Source: Nitrospirales bacterium
Lineage (GTDB): Bacteria; Nitrospirota; Nitrospiria; Nitrospirales; UBA8639
Length of the DNA stretch: 64,000 nt
Assembly: GCA_965223295.1 (NCBI GenBank)
Contig: CBDCWC010000003.1
Location: 416,001-480,000 of the forward strand
Direction of reading: 5' to 3'
Shown here: in pieces, positions 29,459 through 39,664 of the stretch
Position numbering within the stretch: position 1 is the stretch's first letter
Layout of the letters: each line of letters starts with the position of its first letter
Notes under the pieces: generated by a model
Seen by the model: the letters and a program-made list of their open reading frames with translations, nothing else
What the model was told of the DNA's origin: nothing
The model's database searches: none
Made by a program: the position numbers and the translations under genes

Positions 29459-31159
29459 ATGAAACCCACATCACATCGACAAGCCCCAAAACTTTCAGGA
29501 ACATCCGAGGCTCAGAACCTTTCTGCTGAAGCCCATCGTCTTTTCCAAGAAGCTGTCGGCCACCATCAATCTAAACGTCTTCAACAGGCTAAAGCCGGCT
29601 ATGACTACATTCTGGAGCAATTTCCTCATCATGCAGATTCCTTACACCTTCGAGGACTCGTGGCGTATCAACAGGGGCAATATGGGCTTGCACTGCAACT
29701 TATTCACCAGGCTACTTCTCTTGATAAGACCAAACCTCATTACTGGTTTAACTACGCTTTAGTGTTGGAAAAGGAAGAGCGTTGGGAAGAAGCTATCTCC
29801 AGCTATCAAGAAGCCATCCGACTCAAACCTCACTATGTCGAAGCGCTGAATAATGTTGGGAATATCTATCGACAACGGCGGCAATGGGACAGCGCCATTT
29901 CCGCCTATGAAGAGGCCAGGAGACTCAAACCACAATCTGCGGATCTGTTGAATAATTTAGGAGTTGTGTATAAGGAAAAAGGTGACCTCGTTCAAGCTCT
30001 GGCACATTACCAACAGGCCACACATTTCTCTCCTCAACATGCACACGCGCATCATAATACGGGAGTGGTGCTGAAGGACCAAGGGAAACTGAAAGAAGCT
30101 GCGACCGCCTTCAAGCAGGCGTTAACTCTCAACCCTAATTATGCCAACGCCCATTATCACTTAGGGTTAATCTTGCTCTGGCAACAACATACTGCGGAGG
30201 CTCTCGTCTGTTTCCAACATTCGGCAAACCTCACTTATAACCACGGGAAAGGGGTGGCTCCGCCATTTGTGACCAAAGCTCGGCTTAAACATGATGCAGA
30301 ACAACTCGACTACCTTGCAGCTCATCACCTTTCAATAACATTTCCATCAGAATATCAGAATGCCTTGAAAAGCATTGCTGCACGCCGCAATCAAGAAGCC
30401 TCCAACTCCATCTTTGTTCAGCTCACACCAGATGAGCAAAGAACTCTGGCCCCGTCGTTTCATCAATTGTTGTATGTCCGCCAGACTGAAGTTCTTCCTG
30501 GCTCAGCCGTCAATCCTAATCTCGATATCGCCAAAATTGAAGCGCAATATTTCTCTACACAGCCCGAAGCCATGTTTGTAGACAACCTCCTTACCCAAGA
30601 AGCGTTAACCGCATTGCGGGCTTTCTGTTTGGAATCCACCATATGGAAACGCGATTATCAAAATGGTTATATCGGGACCTTTTTGGCCAATGGGTTCGCT
30701 TGCCCGCTTCTCCTCCAAATTGCGGAAGAGTTACGCAGCCGATTTCCCCGCATTTTTCGACACCACCAACTGGTCCAAGCCTGGGCCTTCAAACACGATA
30801 GTGCTTTACGCGGTCTCAACATGCATGCCGATGCTGCCGCCGTCAATGTCAACTTCTGGATTACTCCGGATGAAGCCAACCGGAATATGGAGTCAGGAGG
30901 GCTGGTCGTATGGGATAAGGAAGCCCCAAATGATTGGGACTTTACCGAATATAATGACGATAAGAACAAACACAAAATTCAGGAATTTCTCGAACAAAGT
31001 CATGCCAAACCTATCACCATTCCTCATCGTCAAAACCGCGCAGTCATCTTTAATTCCAATCTCTTTCACGAAACTGATGTCATCGACTTTCATGATAACT
31101 ATGAAAGTCGCCGCATCAACGTCACTCTCCTCTACGGTCACCGCCAAAAGTCCCACTAG
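29459..31159 (+). CDS. TPR-repeat protein fused to a 2OG-Fe(II) oxygenase-like C-terminal domain
   Basis: About 7 TPRs (e.g. EALNNVGNIY, DLLNNLGVVY, AHHNTGVVL); C-terminal HAD...FHET...RRINVTLL facial-triad-like pattern. Confidence 0.8.
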   Translation: MKPTSHRQAPKLSGTSEAQNLSAEAHRLFQEAVGHHQSKRLQQAKAGYDYILEQFPHHADSLHLRGLVAYQQGQYGLALQLIHQATSLDKTKPHYWFNYALVLEKEERWEEAISSYQEAIRLKPHYVEALNNVGNIYRQRRQWDSAISAYEEARRLKPQSADLLNNLGVVYKEKGDLVQALAHYQQATHFSPQHAHAHHNTGVVLKDQGKLKEAATAFKQALTLNPNYANAHYHLGLILLWQQHTAEALVCFQHSANLTYNHGKGVAPPFVTKARLKHDAEQLDYLAAHHLSITFPSEYQNALKSIAARRNQEASNSIFVQLTPDEQRTLAPSFHQLLYVRQTEVLPGSAVNPNLDIAKIEAQYFSTQPEAMFVDNLLTQEALTALRAFCLESTIWKRDYQNGYIGTFLANGFACPLLLQIAEELRSRFPRIFRHHQLVQAWAFKHDSALRGLNMHADAAAVNVNFWITPDEANRNMESGGLVVWDKEAPNDWDFTEYNDDKNKHKIQEFLEQSHAKPITIPHRQNRAVIFNSNLFHETDVIDFHDNYESRRINVTLLYGHRQKSH

Positions 31160-31259
31160 TCTGAATTTTTCAATGGACACGATTCCTACAACACTGTTGT
31201 CTACGGGGTGAAAGAGAACGAAGCAGACACGAATTCAACTGACCCCAAATCCGAGATAA

Positions 31260-31451
31260 TGGGGCTGTTAAAAAAGCTGCCAGCAGCGTTCTCGGCATTT
31301 TTCCGTGCTCACGTCATGCCAGGACGCTCCGCGCGCAAAAATGGCTGCGGCGTTGCTGGACAGTCTTTTTTGAACCGCCCCGAACCTTTTGATGACCCTC
31401 GGCTTCTTGGCGGAACATGACTCTTGATATCATCATTATTCAACACTCCCA
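31260..31451 (+). repeat. Dispersed MITE-like element, copy D
   Basis: GGGGCTGTTAAAAAAGCTGCC...TTCAACACTCCC; flanked by TAA...TAA. Confidence 0.9.
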
Positions 31452-31548
31452 TAATAAAAGGAATACTTATGTGTAGAAACTTAGATTTCATCTCTCTGAC
31501 AATTTTCGATGAAGCCTAAGACAGGAGCCATAGGAATTTGGGGAGCCA

Positions 31549-31626
31549 TGTCATTCCCGCGAAGGCGGGAATCCAGGCTTACGGCAATAGAGGACTGGAT
31601 GCCCGCTTCGTACTGCGGGCATGACA
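31549..31626. repeat. REP-like double palindrome
   Basis: TGTCATTCCCGCGAAGGCGGGAATCCAG ... CTGGATGCCCGCTTCGTACTGCGGGCATGACA: two hairpins in inverted arrangement. Confidence 0.8.
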
Positions 31627-31702
31627 AGAGAAAAACTCTTTAACATGTCAGAGAGCAATGAATCTGACATTGTCTGTCAACTGAAGTGCAAGTTTTTACA
31701 GC

Positions 31703-32131
31703 TTATGGATCAGAGAGACACGCGAGTCTTGCTTCGTCGAATAACTGTTCAAAGAGTTTCCTTCCTTGAAGGTATTGGTCTTCCGCGTCTATCACCTTTT
31801 TTGTCCGTTCCGGCGCTTTCCACGTGGCCTCACTGCAGCGGGTAGCTTTCTCCACGCTGAAGATCCCGCCTCCCGTACAAATCGTTAATTCCCCATAAGC
31901 CTCACGTTCACGGGCCCGAGCTAATTCTATCGTGCGTTGATACGGTATCAGCGCTTCTCGGGCCTTATGAACCCCTTCAAGTGCAGCTCCACAGGAAGAC
32001 GTATAGGGCTCGGAAAGAGTCTTGGCAGGAAGTAGCAAGATCACATAACAAACCACGAGGACATAAGGGAAGACGGCCAAGACCGAATACCGAGTGGCAA
32101 GAAAACGTCGAATTCCGATTACTGGTTTCAT
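31703..32131 (-). CDS. Hypothetical membrane-anchored/exported protein
   Basis: ORF 31703-32236 with a hydrophobic segment and four Cys in the mature part; start taken at MKPVIG. Confidence 0.5.
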   Translation of the reverse strand: MKPVIGIRRFLATRYSVLAVFPYVLVVCYVILLLPAKTLSEPYTSSCGAALEGVHKAREALIPYQRTIELARAREREAYGELTICTGGGIFSVEKATRCSEATWKAPERTKKVIDAEDQYLQGRKLFEQLFDEARLACLSDP

Positions 32132-32245
32132 ATTGTCTCTTTTGAAATATTTAACAGGAAGAACACGTGCGTAGAAAGTTCTCTGATTTTTTGAAGCTAG
32201 AAATAAAATCTTCTTAGTGTAATCTCCGGAGACCAAAGGTTCAAA

Positions 32246-33040
32246 GGTTCTATCGCAATTAGCGAGCTATGGTATCATGGGCCTTTTTCAGGGGGAACCA
32301 CGATGGGCACCATCTCCTTCAAAGGCCGACATTTCCAGCGCAACATGATTCTCCAAAGTATCCGTTGGTTTCTCGCCTATTCGCTCAGTTATCGGGGTAT
32401 TGAAGAGATGATGGCGGAACGGGGCTTTTCCGTCGATCATTCCACCATCAATCGTTGGGTGCTTCAGTATTCGCCACAACTGGACGCCACCTTTCGACAC
32501 AAGAAGAAACGGGTGGGCACGCGCTGGCGAATGGACGAGACGTATATCAAGGTGAAAGGCCACTGGAAATACTATTATCGCGCCGTGGATAAGCAAGGCC
32601 AGAGCATCGACTTCCTCTTAACTGCCACCCGTGATCAGCAGGCCGCGCGGCGCTTTTTCAAGAAAGCCATCAAGCAAAACGGCAAACCGAATTTGGTCAA
32701 TATTGATCAGAGCGGCGCCAATACCGCGGGCCTCACATTGGTGAATCAAGACCACAACACGCGCATCGAGATCCGTCAGTGCAAATATCTGAACAACATC
32801 ATGGAGCAAGATCATCGACGGATCAAACAAGTGACGCGCTCGATGCTCGGCTTCGAGAACTTCTACGCCGCGCAACGCACCTTAGCCGGAATTGAAGTCA
32901 TGGCCATGATCAAGAAAGGGCAGATGAACATTCGAGCGAGCCAGGAGCAGACCTATGCCCAAATGTTCTATTCGCTCGCAGCGTAGTCAATTCGGTTGAC
33001 GGGTTGTTGTTCGCCTCCCGTTCTTGTTTGCGACACAACC
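32246..33040 (+). mobile_element. IS6-family insertion sequence (795 bp)
   Basis: Imperfect terminal IRs GGTTCTATCGCAA / TTGCGACACAACC around a complete transposase; no flanking direct repeat. Confidence 0.9.
32303..32986 (+). CDS. IS6-family DDE transposase
   Basis: FKGRHF, WRMDETYIKVKG.WKYYYRAVD, NID, KYLNNIMEQDHRRIK. Confidence 0.95.
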   Translation: MGTISFKGRHFQRNMILQSIRWFLAYSLSYRGIEEMMAERGFSVDHSTINRWVLQYSPQLDATFRHKKKRVGTRWRMDETYIKVKGHWKYYYRAVDKQGQSIDFLLTATRDQQAARRFFKKAIKQNGKPNLVNIDQSGANTAGLTLVNQDHNTRIEIRQCKYLNNIMEQDHRRIKQVTRSMLGFENFYAAQRTLAGIEVMAMIKKGQMNIRASQEQTYAQMFYSLAA

Positions 33041-33096
33041 CCAAACCTCGCTGCCATTCAGGCTTTTGCAGGGTTTAAAGGGAAGTCAGTATGATG

Positions 33097-33172
33097 TGGT
33101 GCGCCCGACAGGAGTCGAACCTGTAACCTCTTGATCCGTAGTCAAGTGCTCTATCCATTGAGCTACGGGCGC
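33097..33172 (-). tRNA. tRNA-Arg(ACG)
   Basis: GCGCCCGTAGCTCAATGGATAGAGCACTTGACT-ACG-GATCAAGAGGTTACAGGTTCGACTCCTGTCGGGCGCACCA. Confidence 0.97.
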
Positions 33173-33346
33173 TGACAACTTAGCGAGAATATTCCTGTAG
33201 GGTAACTCAGGAAGAGCCTCTTTATACAGGTCTGTCACTTTTTCCGTCAACTCTGGACAAGACCCGCGCTTGTTGGTCTTTGGGCATACGAAAATTTTCC
33301 ACCTTTTTCGTAAAGAGCTTTAGAGCTGGGAGGAACAGAAGAAAGC

Positions 33347-34309
33347 TTAGGAAGTCGGAACGGGTTCTGGGTTTGCCTCGGATACACTATCGTTGACCAT
33401 CTGTTCAAGAAGGTCTAGCACTTTTTGAATTTCCTCAGGTTTCCCTAAACTGATCTGGAAAAAGGCTGACATGTCGGGAATGCCTTCGGCGATTTGCTGT
33501 GCAATATGGATGACACCCTCAGAATCGAGTTGTAAGAGCTCTTGGGATAATTCAATGGCTGTCTGAATGGCAATCTCGGTCTGAGGATGACACCACATGT
33601 CGGCTAACCGGCCAGATAAGGCGACACACATGATCGTGACCCTCGAGGCTTCATCTTCAAGAGGGGCTGCAAGGGATGGGTTATGACTGCCTCGTACGGC
33701 TTCACGTAACAATTCAGGCAATTCCCAGTTTTCTGCCAACCATGCTCCAATCTCACAATGATCTGTTTTCCAACGACTTTGCTCCAGCGTTTCAAGGATA
33801 TGATGGTCCTGGTTGGCTTTTTGATACAACGCACCATACTCATTACCGAACGCCTCGCTCATCACCAAAATGCCCAAATCTTGAAGGAGTCCGGCTAAGA
33901 ACACCTCTTCTTCGGTCACGACGCGTACACGCTTGGCCAACACTTTTGCAGCCAGACTGGATAAAATACATCGATGCCAAAAATGCGTATGATCAAATGC
34001 TCCTCCGCCCTTCTTTCGTAGATCACGGTATAAGGAAAAACAGAAGGCCAACGTCGAGATGGAATTCATGCCTAACAGCGTTACCGCTTGCGTCACGGTC
34101 GACACCTTATGCCGGCTTCCACCATAAAAACTGGAATTCGCAACATTTAGAAGTTTAGCGACAAAAGAAGGGTCTTTACTAATGACCTCGCCAACTTTAT
34201 TGGCGCTGGCATTTTCATCCCGGCACAATTGCAAGACCTGAAGAGGCAACGCCGGAATGGCCGGAAGGGTTTTACAATTCTTGATACGTTGGAGAATCTG
34301 TGGGTCCAT
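33347..34309 (-). CDS. HDOD-domain signal transduction protein
   Basis: LPAIP, ISKDP..VAKLLNVANSSFY, AVTLLG, FLAGLLQDLG, DHCEIGAWLAENWELP. Confidence 0.92.
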   Translation of the reverse strand: MDPQILQRIKNCKTLPAIPALPLQVLQLCRDENASANKVGEVISKDPSFVAKLLNVANSSFYGGSRHKVSTVTQAVTLLGMNSISTLAFCFSLYRDLRKKGGGAFDHTHFWHRCILSSLAAKVLAKRVRVVTEEEVFLAGLLQDLGILVMSEAFGNEYGALYQKANQDHHILETLEQSRWKTDHCEIGAWLAENWELPELLREAVRGSHNPSLAAPLEDEASRVTIMCVALSGRLADMWCHPQTEIAIQTAIELSQELLQLDSEGVIHIAQQIAEGIPDMSAFFQISLGKPEEIQKVLDLLEQMVNDSVSEANPEPVPTS

Positions 34310-34627
34310 GCTCGTTCAGCTCGTTATCGCGGCGACAGTCTTCACTCATGACAGGCAGAGGTCTCCATGACGTAGTTCCCTTTTCAACCAGAACGACCTC
34401 CAGCGGATATACCATCATTGATGATATCGGATCTTTATAGGCCGACTTGAGGAAAGATTTGCCCATTACAAAAGGTTCTTCCACCTTGTTGCCCATATCT
34501 GCAGTTCAGAAAAGAAATGGAGAATTCTCTATGCAAGTTCAAGCGTTTGAGCGCTAAGACGCCAAACCGCGAAAGTCGCTTGGGAAGATGTTTCGTGAGA
34601 TTTCCTGAAAGTAGAAGCTGCGAAGAT

Positions 34628-36001
34628 TTATGAAGATGCAATTCCGTAGAGCGTCGATGGCGTGGCATCCTGCACCAGGACAGAAACCAAATCTCCGGGA
34701 GATGCGGGGAGAGCATTTTTTGGCCATACGACCGTCACATTCGATTCAGTGTGGCCCATCCATTGTTGATCGGATTTTTTGGCGTCTCCTTCAATCATGA
34801 CCTCAACATGAGTGTCAATCAACGTTTGGTTTTTGTGAAGGGAAATGTCTTTTTGTAAAGTAATGAGTTGATTCGTTCGATTCCCCTTGACCTGTTCAGA
34901 AATGTCATCAGGATATTTTCTTGCGGCAATCGTATGTTTACGTTCCGAATACTTAAAGACAAAGGCTGCCTGATATTGTATATCTTTCATCACATCGTAG
35001 GTCTCTTGGAATTCAGTATCCGTTTCCCCACAAAAACCGCAGATCAGATCTGTCGTCAACGCAATCGGGCCTTTTTTCTGAATGGCCACAACCAGTTTGA
35101 GATAGTCCCGGCGGGTATACCCCCGGCCCATACGTGCTAACATGCGATCACTCGCAGATTGCAACGGCAAGTGAATGTGGTTGCAAATGATAGGATGTTG
35201 GGCGACAGCTTCAAGCAATGGCGGAGGAAAGTCTTTCGGATGCGGCGACGTAAACCGCACGCGTTGAATACCCGGCACATCAGCCACCGCCACCAGCAAC
35301 CGAGCAAAATCCCACGCACCCGATTGATACGAATTGACATTCTGCCCCAGCAACGTAATTTGTCGAACGCCTTGACTGGCAAGCCGCTTGGTCTCTTCCA
35401 GGATACCTTCCGGATCCCGAGAACGTTCACGGCCTCTTGTATAGGGCACCACACAAAACGAACAAAAATTATCACATCCACGCATGACCGCAATCCAGCC
35501 ATTTACTCCGCTCTCTCGATCAGGAACGATTTGATCATAGGTTTCATACTCTGATAGATCGACAGCTAAACCCCGGCGCTGATGTTCCAACGCATCCGTC
35601 AACAAATCAGGCAAGCGGCGATACGCATCAGGCCCAACAAGCACATCAATCCATGACCGTATCTCTAATAATTCTTGTTTGAGATTTTGTGCCATGCAAC
35701 CTAAGACGCCAATGACGAGCCCTCTCTCTTTTTTTCTCGCTTTGTATCGAGCTAAATGTCCATAAAGCCGATTGTGGGCATTTTCTCGAATGGCACAGGT
35801 ATTAAACAAAATGACGTCAGCTTCGTCGTCAACCGGTGTAAATTGGAATCCCCTGCCCTTCATGATGGACCGCACCAATTCAGTGTCATATTCATTCATC
35901 TGACAGCCAAAGGTTTCCATATACACCTGATAGCTGTCCCTGTTTGTTGGAGACGACCCGGCTTTGAGACTTCTTGGAAACAGAAGAGGTGTACTAATCA
36001 T
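34628..36001 (-). CDS. miaB: tRNA-i6A37 methylthiotransferase MiaB
   Basis: TFGCQMNEYD, NTCAIRENA, GCDNFCSFCVVPYTRGRERSR, RFTSPHPKD, TRAM tail. Confidence 0.95.
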   Translation of the reverse strand: MISTPLLFPRSLKAGSSPTNRDSYQVYMETFGCQMNEYDTELVRSIMKGRGFQFTPVDDEADVILFNTCAIRENAHNRLYGHLARYKARKKERGLVIGVLGCMAQNLKQELLEIRSWIDVLVGPDAYRRLPDLLTDALEHQRRGLAVDLSEYETYDQIVPDRESGVNGWIAVMRGCDNFCSFCVVPYTRGRERSRDPEGILEETKRLASQGVRQITLLGQNVNSYQSGAWDFARLLVAVADVPGIQRVRFTSPHPKDFPPPLLEAVAQHPIICNHIHLPLQSASDRMLARMGRGYTRRDYLKLVVAIQKKGPIALTTDLICGFCGETDTEFQETYDVMKDIQYQAAFVFKYSERKHTIAARKYPDDISEQVKGNRTNQLITLQKDISLHKNQTLIDTHVEVMIEGDAKKSDQQWMGHTESNVTVVWPKNALPASPGDLVSVLVQDATPSTLYGIASS

Positions 36002-37374
36002 ATAGTCAGCCCTTGACTCATCGAAAGAGAAGGTTGACTCGCAAAATGAGAATTGCTGTCTTGGGAGTTGAGTAGACCGACGACTCTATCAGACATGATC
36101 CCCGTAGCCATGACTGGCTGAATCGTATTTTTCAGATCACACGAAGACGGCACATCCACCCGAAGATAGTGGTCGGTGAAACCCGTCCACCGCCCATTTA
36201 CTTCTTCTTCAAACAAGACGGAAAGTTCTTGTCCTAAGAACCGTTGCTGAAAGGCCGCTCGTTTTTGACGGGATACTTCACGTACGGTCCGGCTGCGTTC
36301 TTGAATGACTTTCGGATCAACTTGGTCCGCCATTTTTGTGGAAGCCGTTCCAGGTCTGGGGGAATAACTGAAGACATGAAGATAGGCAAACGGCATCTTT
36401 CGCACAAAATCCAGCGTATGCTCAAAGGCCTGCCGGCTTTCTCCAGGAAATCCGACCATGACATCTGTGCCAATACAGAGTCCAGGAATCATGTTGAGTG
36501 CCAATTCCATAGCCTCTTGATACTCCTGAACCGAATATCGACGATTCATGGCTTCTAGAATTGAGTCATCGCCACTTTGTAATGGGACGTGCAGAAAACG
36601 GCAGAGCTTAGGCGACACCTGCATATATTCCAGAAGTCCCTCGGGAATGGTGGTGGGTTCAATAGAAGAAATACGGATACGTTCCAATCCTTCAATAGCT
36701 TCCAGCCGTGTGATGAGTCCTAATAGATCAAGACCTTGATCCTCATACTGTCCAATATTGACACCGGTCAACACCAATTCACGATGGCCCCTCAGAACAA
36801 GTTCTCTGGCCTCTCGAATGGCATCATCAATATGCCGACTGCGCTCCCGGCCTCTCGCAAAGGGGATCAGGCAAAACGCGCACATAAACTGACAGCCATC
36901 CTGAATTTTGAGATTGGCTCGCGTGGTGGAATAGTCCCCTGTCCCGTCCAGGACAAAATTCTCAGGATCTAATCGCTCATGATGAATAGTTGGGCCGGCT
37001 GATTTATCCTGGTGCGGAACCAACGGCACAAGATCGGGTAGCTGCATTTTAAATTGATTGCCCACAATAAGATCAATGCCAGCAATGTTTCGAAGCGCAT
37101 CCAGGCCAGTCTGTGCATAGCATCCCGTGACGGCCACAAAGGCCTGCGGCGAATGCCGAAGTGTCTGTCGAACGTGCCGACGGCAGTCTGCTTCGGCTCC
37201 TTCTGTGACTGTACACGAATTGAGGACCAGAATATCTGTGCCTTGCCCGTATTCAACAGGACGAAAGCCCCGACGCCTAAATCCATCTTTCATCAGCGCG
37301 GTCTCGGCTTGATTGAGACGGCAACCAATCGTCGAAAACGCCACTCGCAGCGGCTGATGTATCTTGTCCGTCAT
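35998..37374 (-). CDS. mtaB: tRNA-t6A37 methylthiotransferase MtaB
   Basis: GCRLNQAET, NSCTVT, VTGCYAQ, KIQDGCQFMCAFC, RISSIEP. Confidence 0.93.
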   Translation of the reverse strand: MTDKIHQPLRVAFSTIGCRLNQAETALMKDGFRRRGFRPVEYGQGTDILVLNSCTVTEGAEADCRRHVRQTLRHSPQAFVAVTGCYAQTGLDALRNIAGIDLIVGNQFKMQLPDLVPLVPHQDKSAGPTIHHERLDPENFVLDGTGDYSTTRANLKIQDGCQFMCAFCLIPFARGRERSRHIDDAIREARELVLRGHRELVLTGVNIGQYEDQGLDLLGLITRLEAIEGLERIRISSIEPTTIPEGLLEYMQVSPKLCRFLHVPLQSGDDSILEAMNRRYSVQEYQEAMELALNMIPGLCIGTDVMVGFPGESRQAFEHTLDFVRKMPFAYLHVFSYSPRPGTASTKMADQVDPKVIQERSRTVREVSRQKRAAFQQRFLGQELSVLFEEEVNGRWTGFTDHYLRVDVPSSCDLKNTIQPVMATGIMSDRVVGLLNSQDSNSHFASQPSLSMSQGLTI

Positions 37375-37639
37375 AGGAATTTGATTATAAAGAAGCCCAT
37401 TCCGTACAACAAGATTCCCCTTCTTCCTGTTCCTATTCGGCCGGGAACATGCTACTATTTTTCTTGATTAATCTACATTCGACAGAATGTCGAACCTCGC
37501 TATAGCCCTGGATCCACATCCTTGTTTACCACACCGCGTGCCCGTGGCTATTTGAGAGTCACTGTTTTTCTCATTCCAGAGATCATGCTGGAGAGATCCC
37601 TCTTTATCCAACATTTCTTGACTGAAGCTAATTGAAACC

Positions 37640-39019
37640 ATGAACGTTGGATTTGGGAAACTCCTCGTCACCCGTTTCATGGGTATTCGTTTGCAGCCTG
37701 GACAAGTCGTGGCCTTAGCGGCACTGGGCCTTATCGTCCTGGGTGCTGGCCTACTCCTGCTGCCATTTTCTACAAAACCTGACGTCTCTCTGGGAATCCT
37801 GGATGCCCTATTCACCGCGACATCCGCCGTTTGTGTGACCGGCTTGATCGTCATGGATACCCCGCAAGATTTTACGGCTTTTGGGCAGGGTGTGATTTTG
37901 TTCCTGATTCAAATCGGGGGACTTGGCTATGCCTTAATGGCCACGTTGATACTCTTGATGTTGGGACGTCGCTTAGGCTTGCGCGATCGCATGATGCTCT
38001 CTGAGACAATGAACACCATGGATCTGCAAGGCCTCGTGCGATTTGTCAAAATCGTCACATCAATGACCTTGGGTTTGGAAGGAATTGGAGCGATTCTGCT
38101 GACCTTGCGTTTTGCCATGGATCACCCCTGGGACACGGCAGCCTATTATGGTGTTTTTCACGCGATCTCCGCCTTCAACAATGCTGGATTCGCCTTATTT
38201 TCGGATAGTCTCATTTCCTTTCAAACAGATTGGACCATTAATATTATCGTAACGAGTTTAGTGATCTTAGGAAGTATTGGTTTTCTCGTCTTTGAAGATC
38301 TTTTGGACAATCTACGAGGGGCCCGATTCCGGTTCCGCACGCATACCAAACTTGTCGTGACAACGACGGGGCTGCTCATTGTCATTGGCACCTTCGGTAT
38401 TGCCATGCTGGAATGGAATAATCCTGCCACCATGCAATCCCTCTCCGCTGGCGAAACATTCACGGTTTCGTACTTTCACACCGTCTCACGAACCGCCGGA
38501 TTTACGACCGTCAACGTCGGTGAGATGCGAGAGCCTACGCTGTATTTTTTACTCCTACTCATGGCAGTAGGCGGGTCACCTGGTAGCATGTCTGGAGGAA
38601 TTAAAACCACCACCATTGCCATCGTCTTTTTGACTATTTGGAGCCTGTTACGGCGCGATAGTGATGTGGAAGCCTTTCACCGTCGCATTCCTCCAGACCT
38701 GATTACCCGCGCACTCTGTTTGACCATTTTGGCCGTGACCCTCATTACGGGAATGACGCTGCTTCTGAGCTCGACCGAATCACAGCCATTTTTATCCCTT
38801 ATGTTTGAAGTGACGTCTGCCATGGGCATTGTAGGCATGTCCCTGGGCGATGGTGATGCCCGAAGTCTATCGGCACTTCTCACCGACTTTGGAAAAATGA
38901 TGATCATGCTCTCGATGTTGTTGGGACGATTTGGCCCACTCGTCATTGGACTGTCTGCTGTTAAAACCTCGGTACACAAACCCTATCGTTTGGCCCAATC
39001 TCGTGTTGTGATCGGATAA
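37640..39019 (+). CDS. KtrB/TrkH potassium uptake membrane subunit
   Basis: Four pore motifs: SAVCVTGL, SAFNNAGF, RTAGF, SAMGIVGMS; GGIKTTT. Confidence 0.93.
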   Translation: MNVGFGKLLVTRFMGIRLQPGQVVALAALGLIVLGAGLLLLPFSTKPDVSLGILDALFTATSAVCVTGLIVMDTPQDFTAFGQGVILFLIQIGGLGYALMATLILLMLGRRLGLRDRMMLSETMNTMDLQGLVRFVKIVTSMTLGLEGIGAILLTLRFAMDHPWDTAAYYGVFHAISAFNNAGFALFSDSLISFQTDWTINIIVTSLVILGSIGFLVFEDLLDNLRGARFRFRTHTKLVVTTTGLLIVIGTFGIAMLEWNNPATMQSLSAGETFTVSYFHTVSRTAGFTTVNVGEMREPTLYFLLLLMAVGGSPGSMSGGIKTTTIAIVFLTIWSLLRRDSDVEAFHRRIPPDLITRALCLTILAVTLITGMTLLLSSTESQPFLSLMFEVTSAMGIVGMSLGDGDARSLSALLTDFGKMMIMLSMLLGRFGPLVIGLSAVKTSVHKPYRLAQSRVVIG

Positions 39020-39024
39020 ATCTT

Positions 39025-39315
39025 CTACGCAATTCGACGTTGCAACATGAGGATAAAGGCCACGAGCGTCGGGAGCGGGCATATCGCATAGGGCAATAGC
39101 CACACCCACACATTTTTCCCGCGAACGCGGGCTTGATCAATCATCCACACAAAAATCCAAATAACCAACAGCACGTAGTTCACCGTGATCCATTGAGTCG
39201 TTCGCACATGCAACTGACTATCAGCCCCGCCACCGGTCATCACTAGAAATATGCCTTCTAGAATGACGAACGCAGCTAATAATCCCAGAACCAAACGCTT
39301 GCTCCAGACATACAT
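39025..39315 (-). CDS. Hypothetical membrane protein
   Basis: Three hydrophobic segments; RBS AAGGAG before MYVWSK. Confidence 0.65.
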   Translation of the reverse strand: MYVWSKRLVLGLLAAFVILEGIFLVMTGGGADSQLHVRTTQWITVNYVLLVIWIFVWMIDQARVRGKNVWVWLLPYAICPLPTLVAFILMLQRRIA

Positions 39316-39471
39316 CGTTACACTCCTTGTTGAAAAATGATCCAATACATGAGACGTCTCAACTATCTTTTGCTTTTCATTTCCCTCTTCCCTCTCAGTC
39401 AAAAAAACCAGTCCTTATAACAAAAGTCCCATCAGAGCGTCCTACCCCGTCAATTTCTCGGCTCTATTCTT

Positions 39472-39664
39472 TGGGAGTGTTGAATAATGAAGATATCAAA
39501 AGCCATATTTCGCCATGAAGCCCTTGGCGATCAACAACCTCGGGGCTGTTCAAAAAAGTCCGTCCAGCAAGGTCACCGCCATTTTTGCGCGCGGAGCGTC
39601 CTGGCAGTACGTGAGCACAGAACAATGGTGAAAACGCTGCTGTCGGCTTTTTTCAACAGACTCT
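39472..39664 (-). repeat. Dispersed MITE-like element, copy E
   Basis: GGGAGTGTTGAATAAT...TTTTTCAACAGACTC; flanked by CTT...CTT. Confidence 0.92.

Noticed and set aside
34272-34496. 74-aa ORF upstream of the HDOD gene
   Set aside because: It overlaps the HDOD start out of frame and has no recognisable motif, so it cannot be supported.
34550-34590. GCCAAACCGCGAAAGTCGC upstream of the HDOD gene as a c-di-GMP riboswitch
   Set aside because: Wrong strand for the HDOD gene and a poor match to the consensus.
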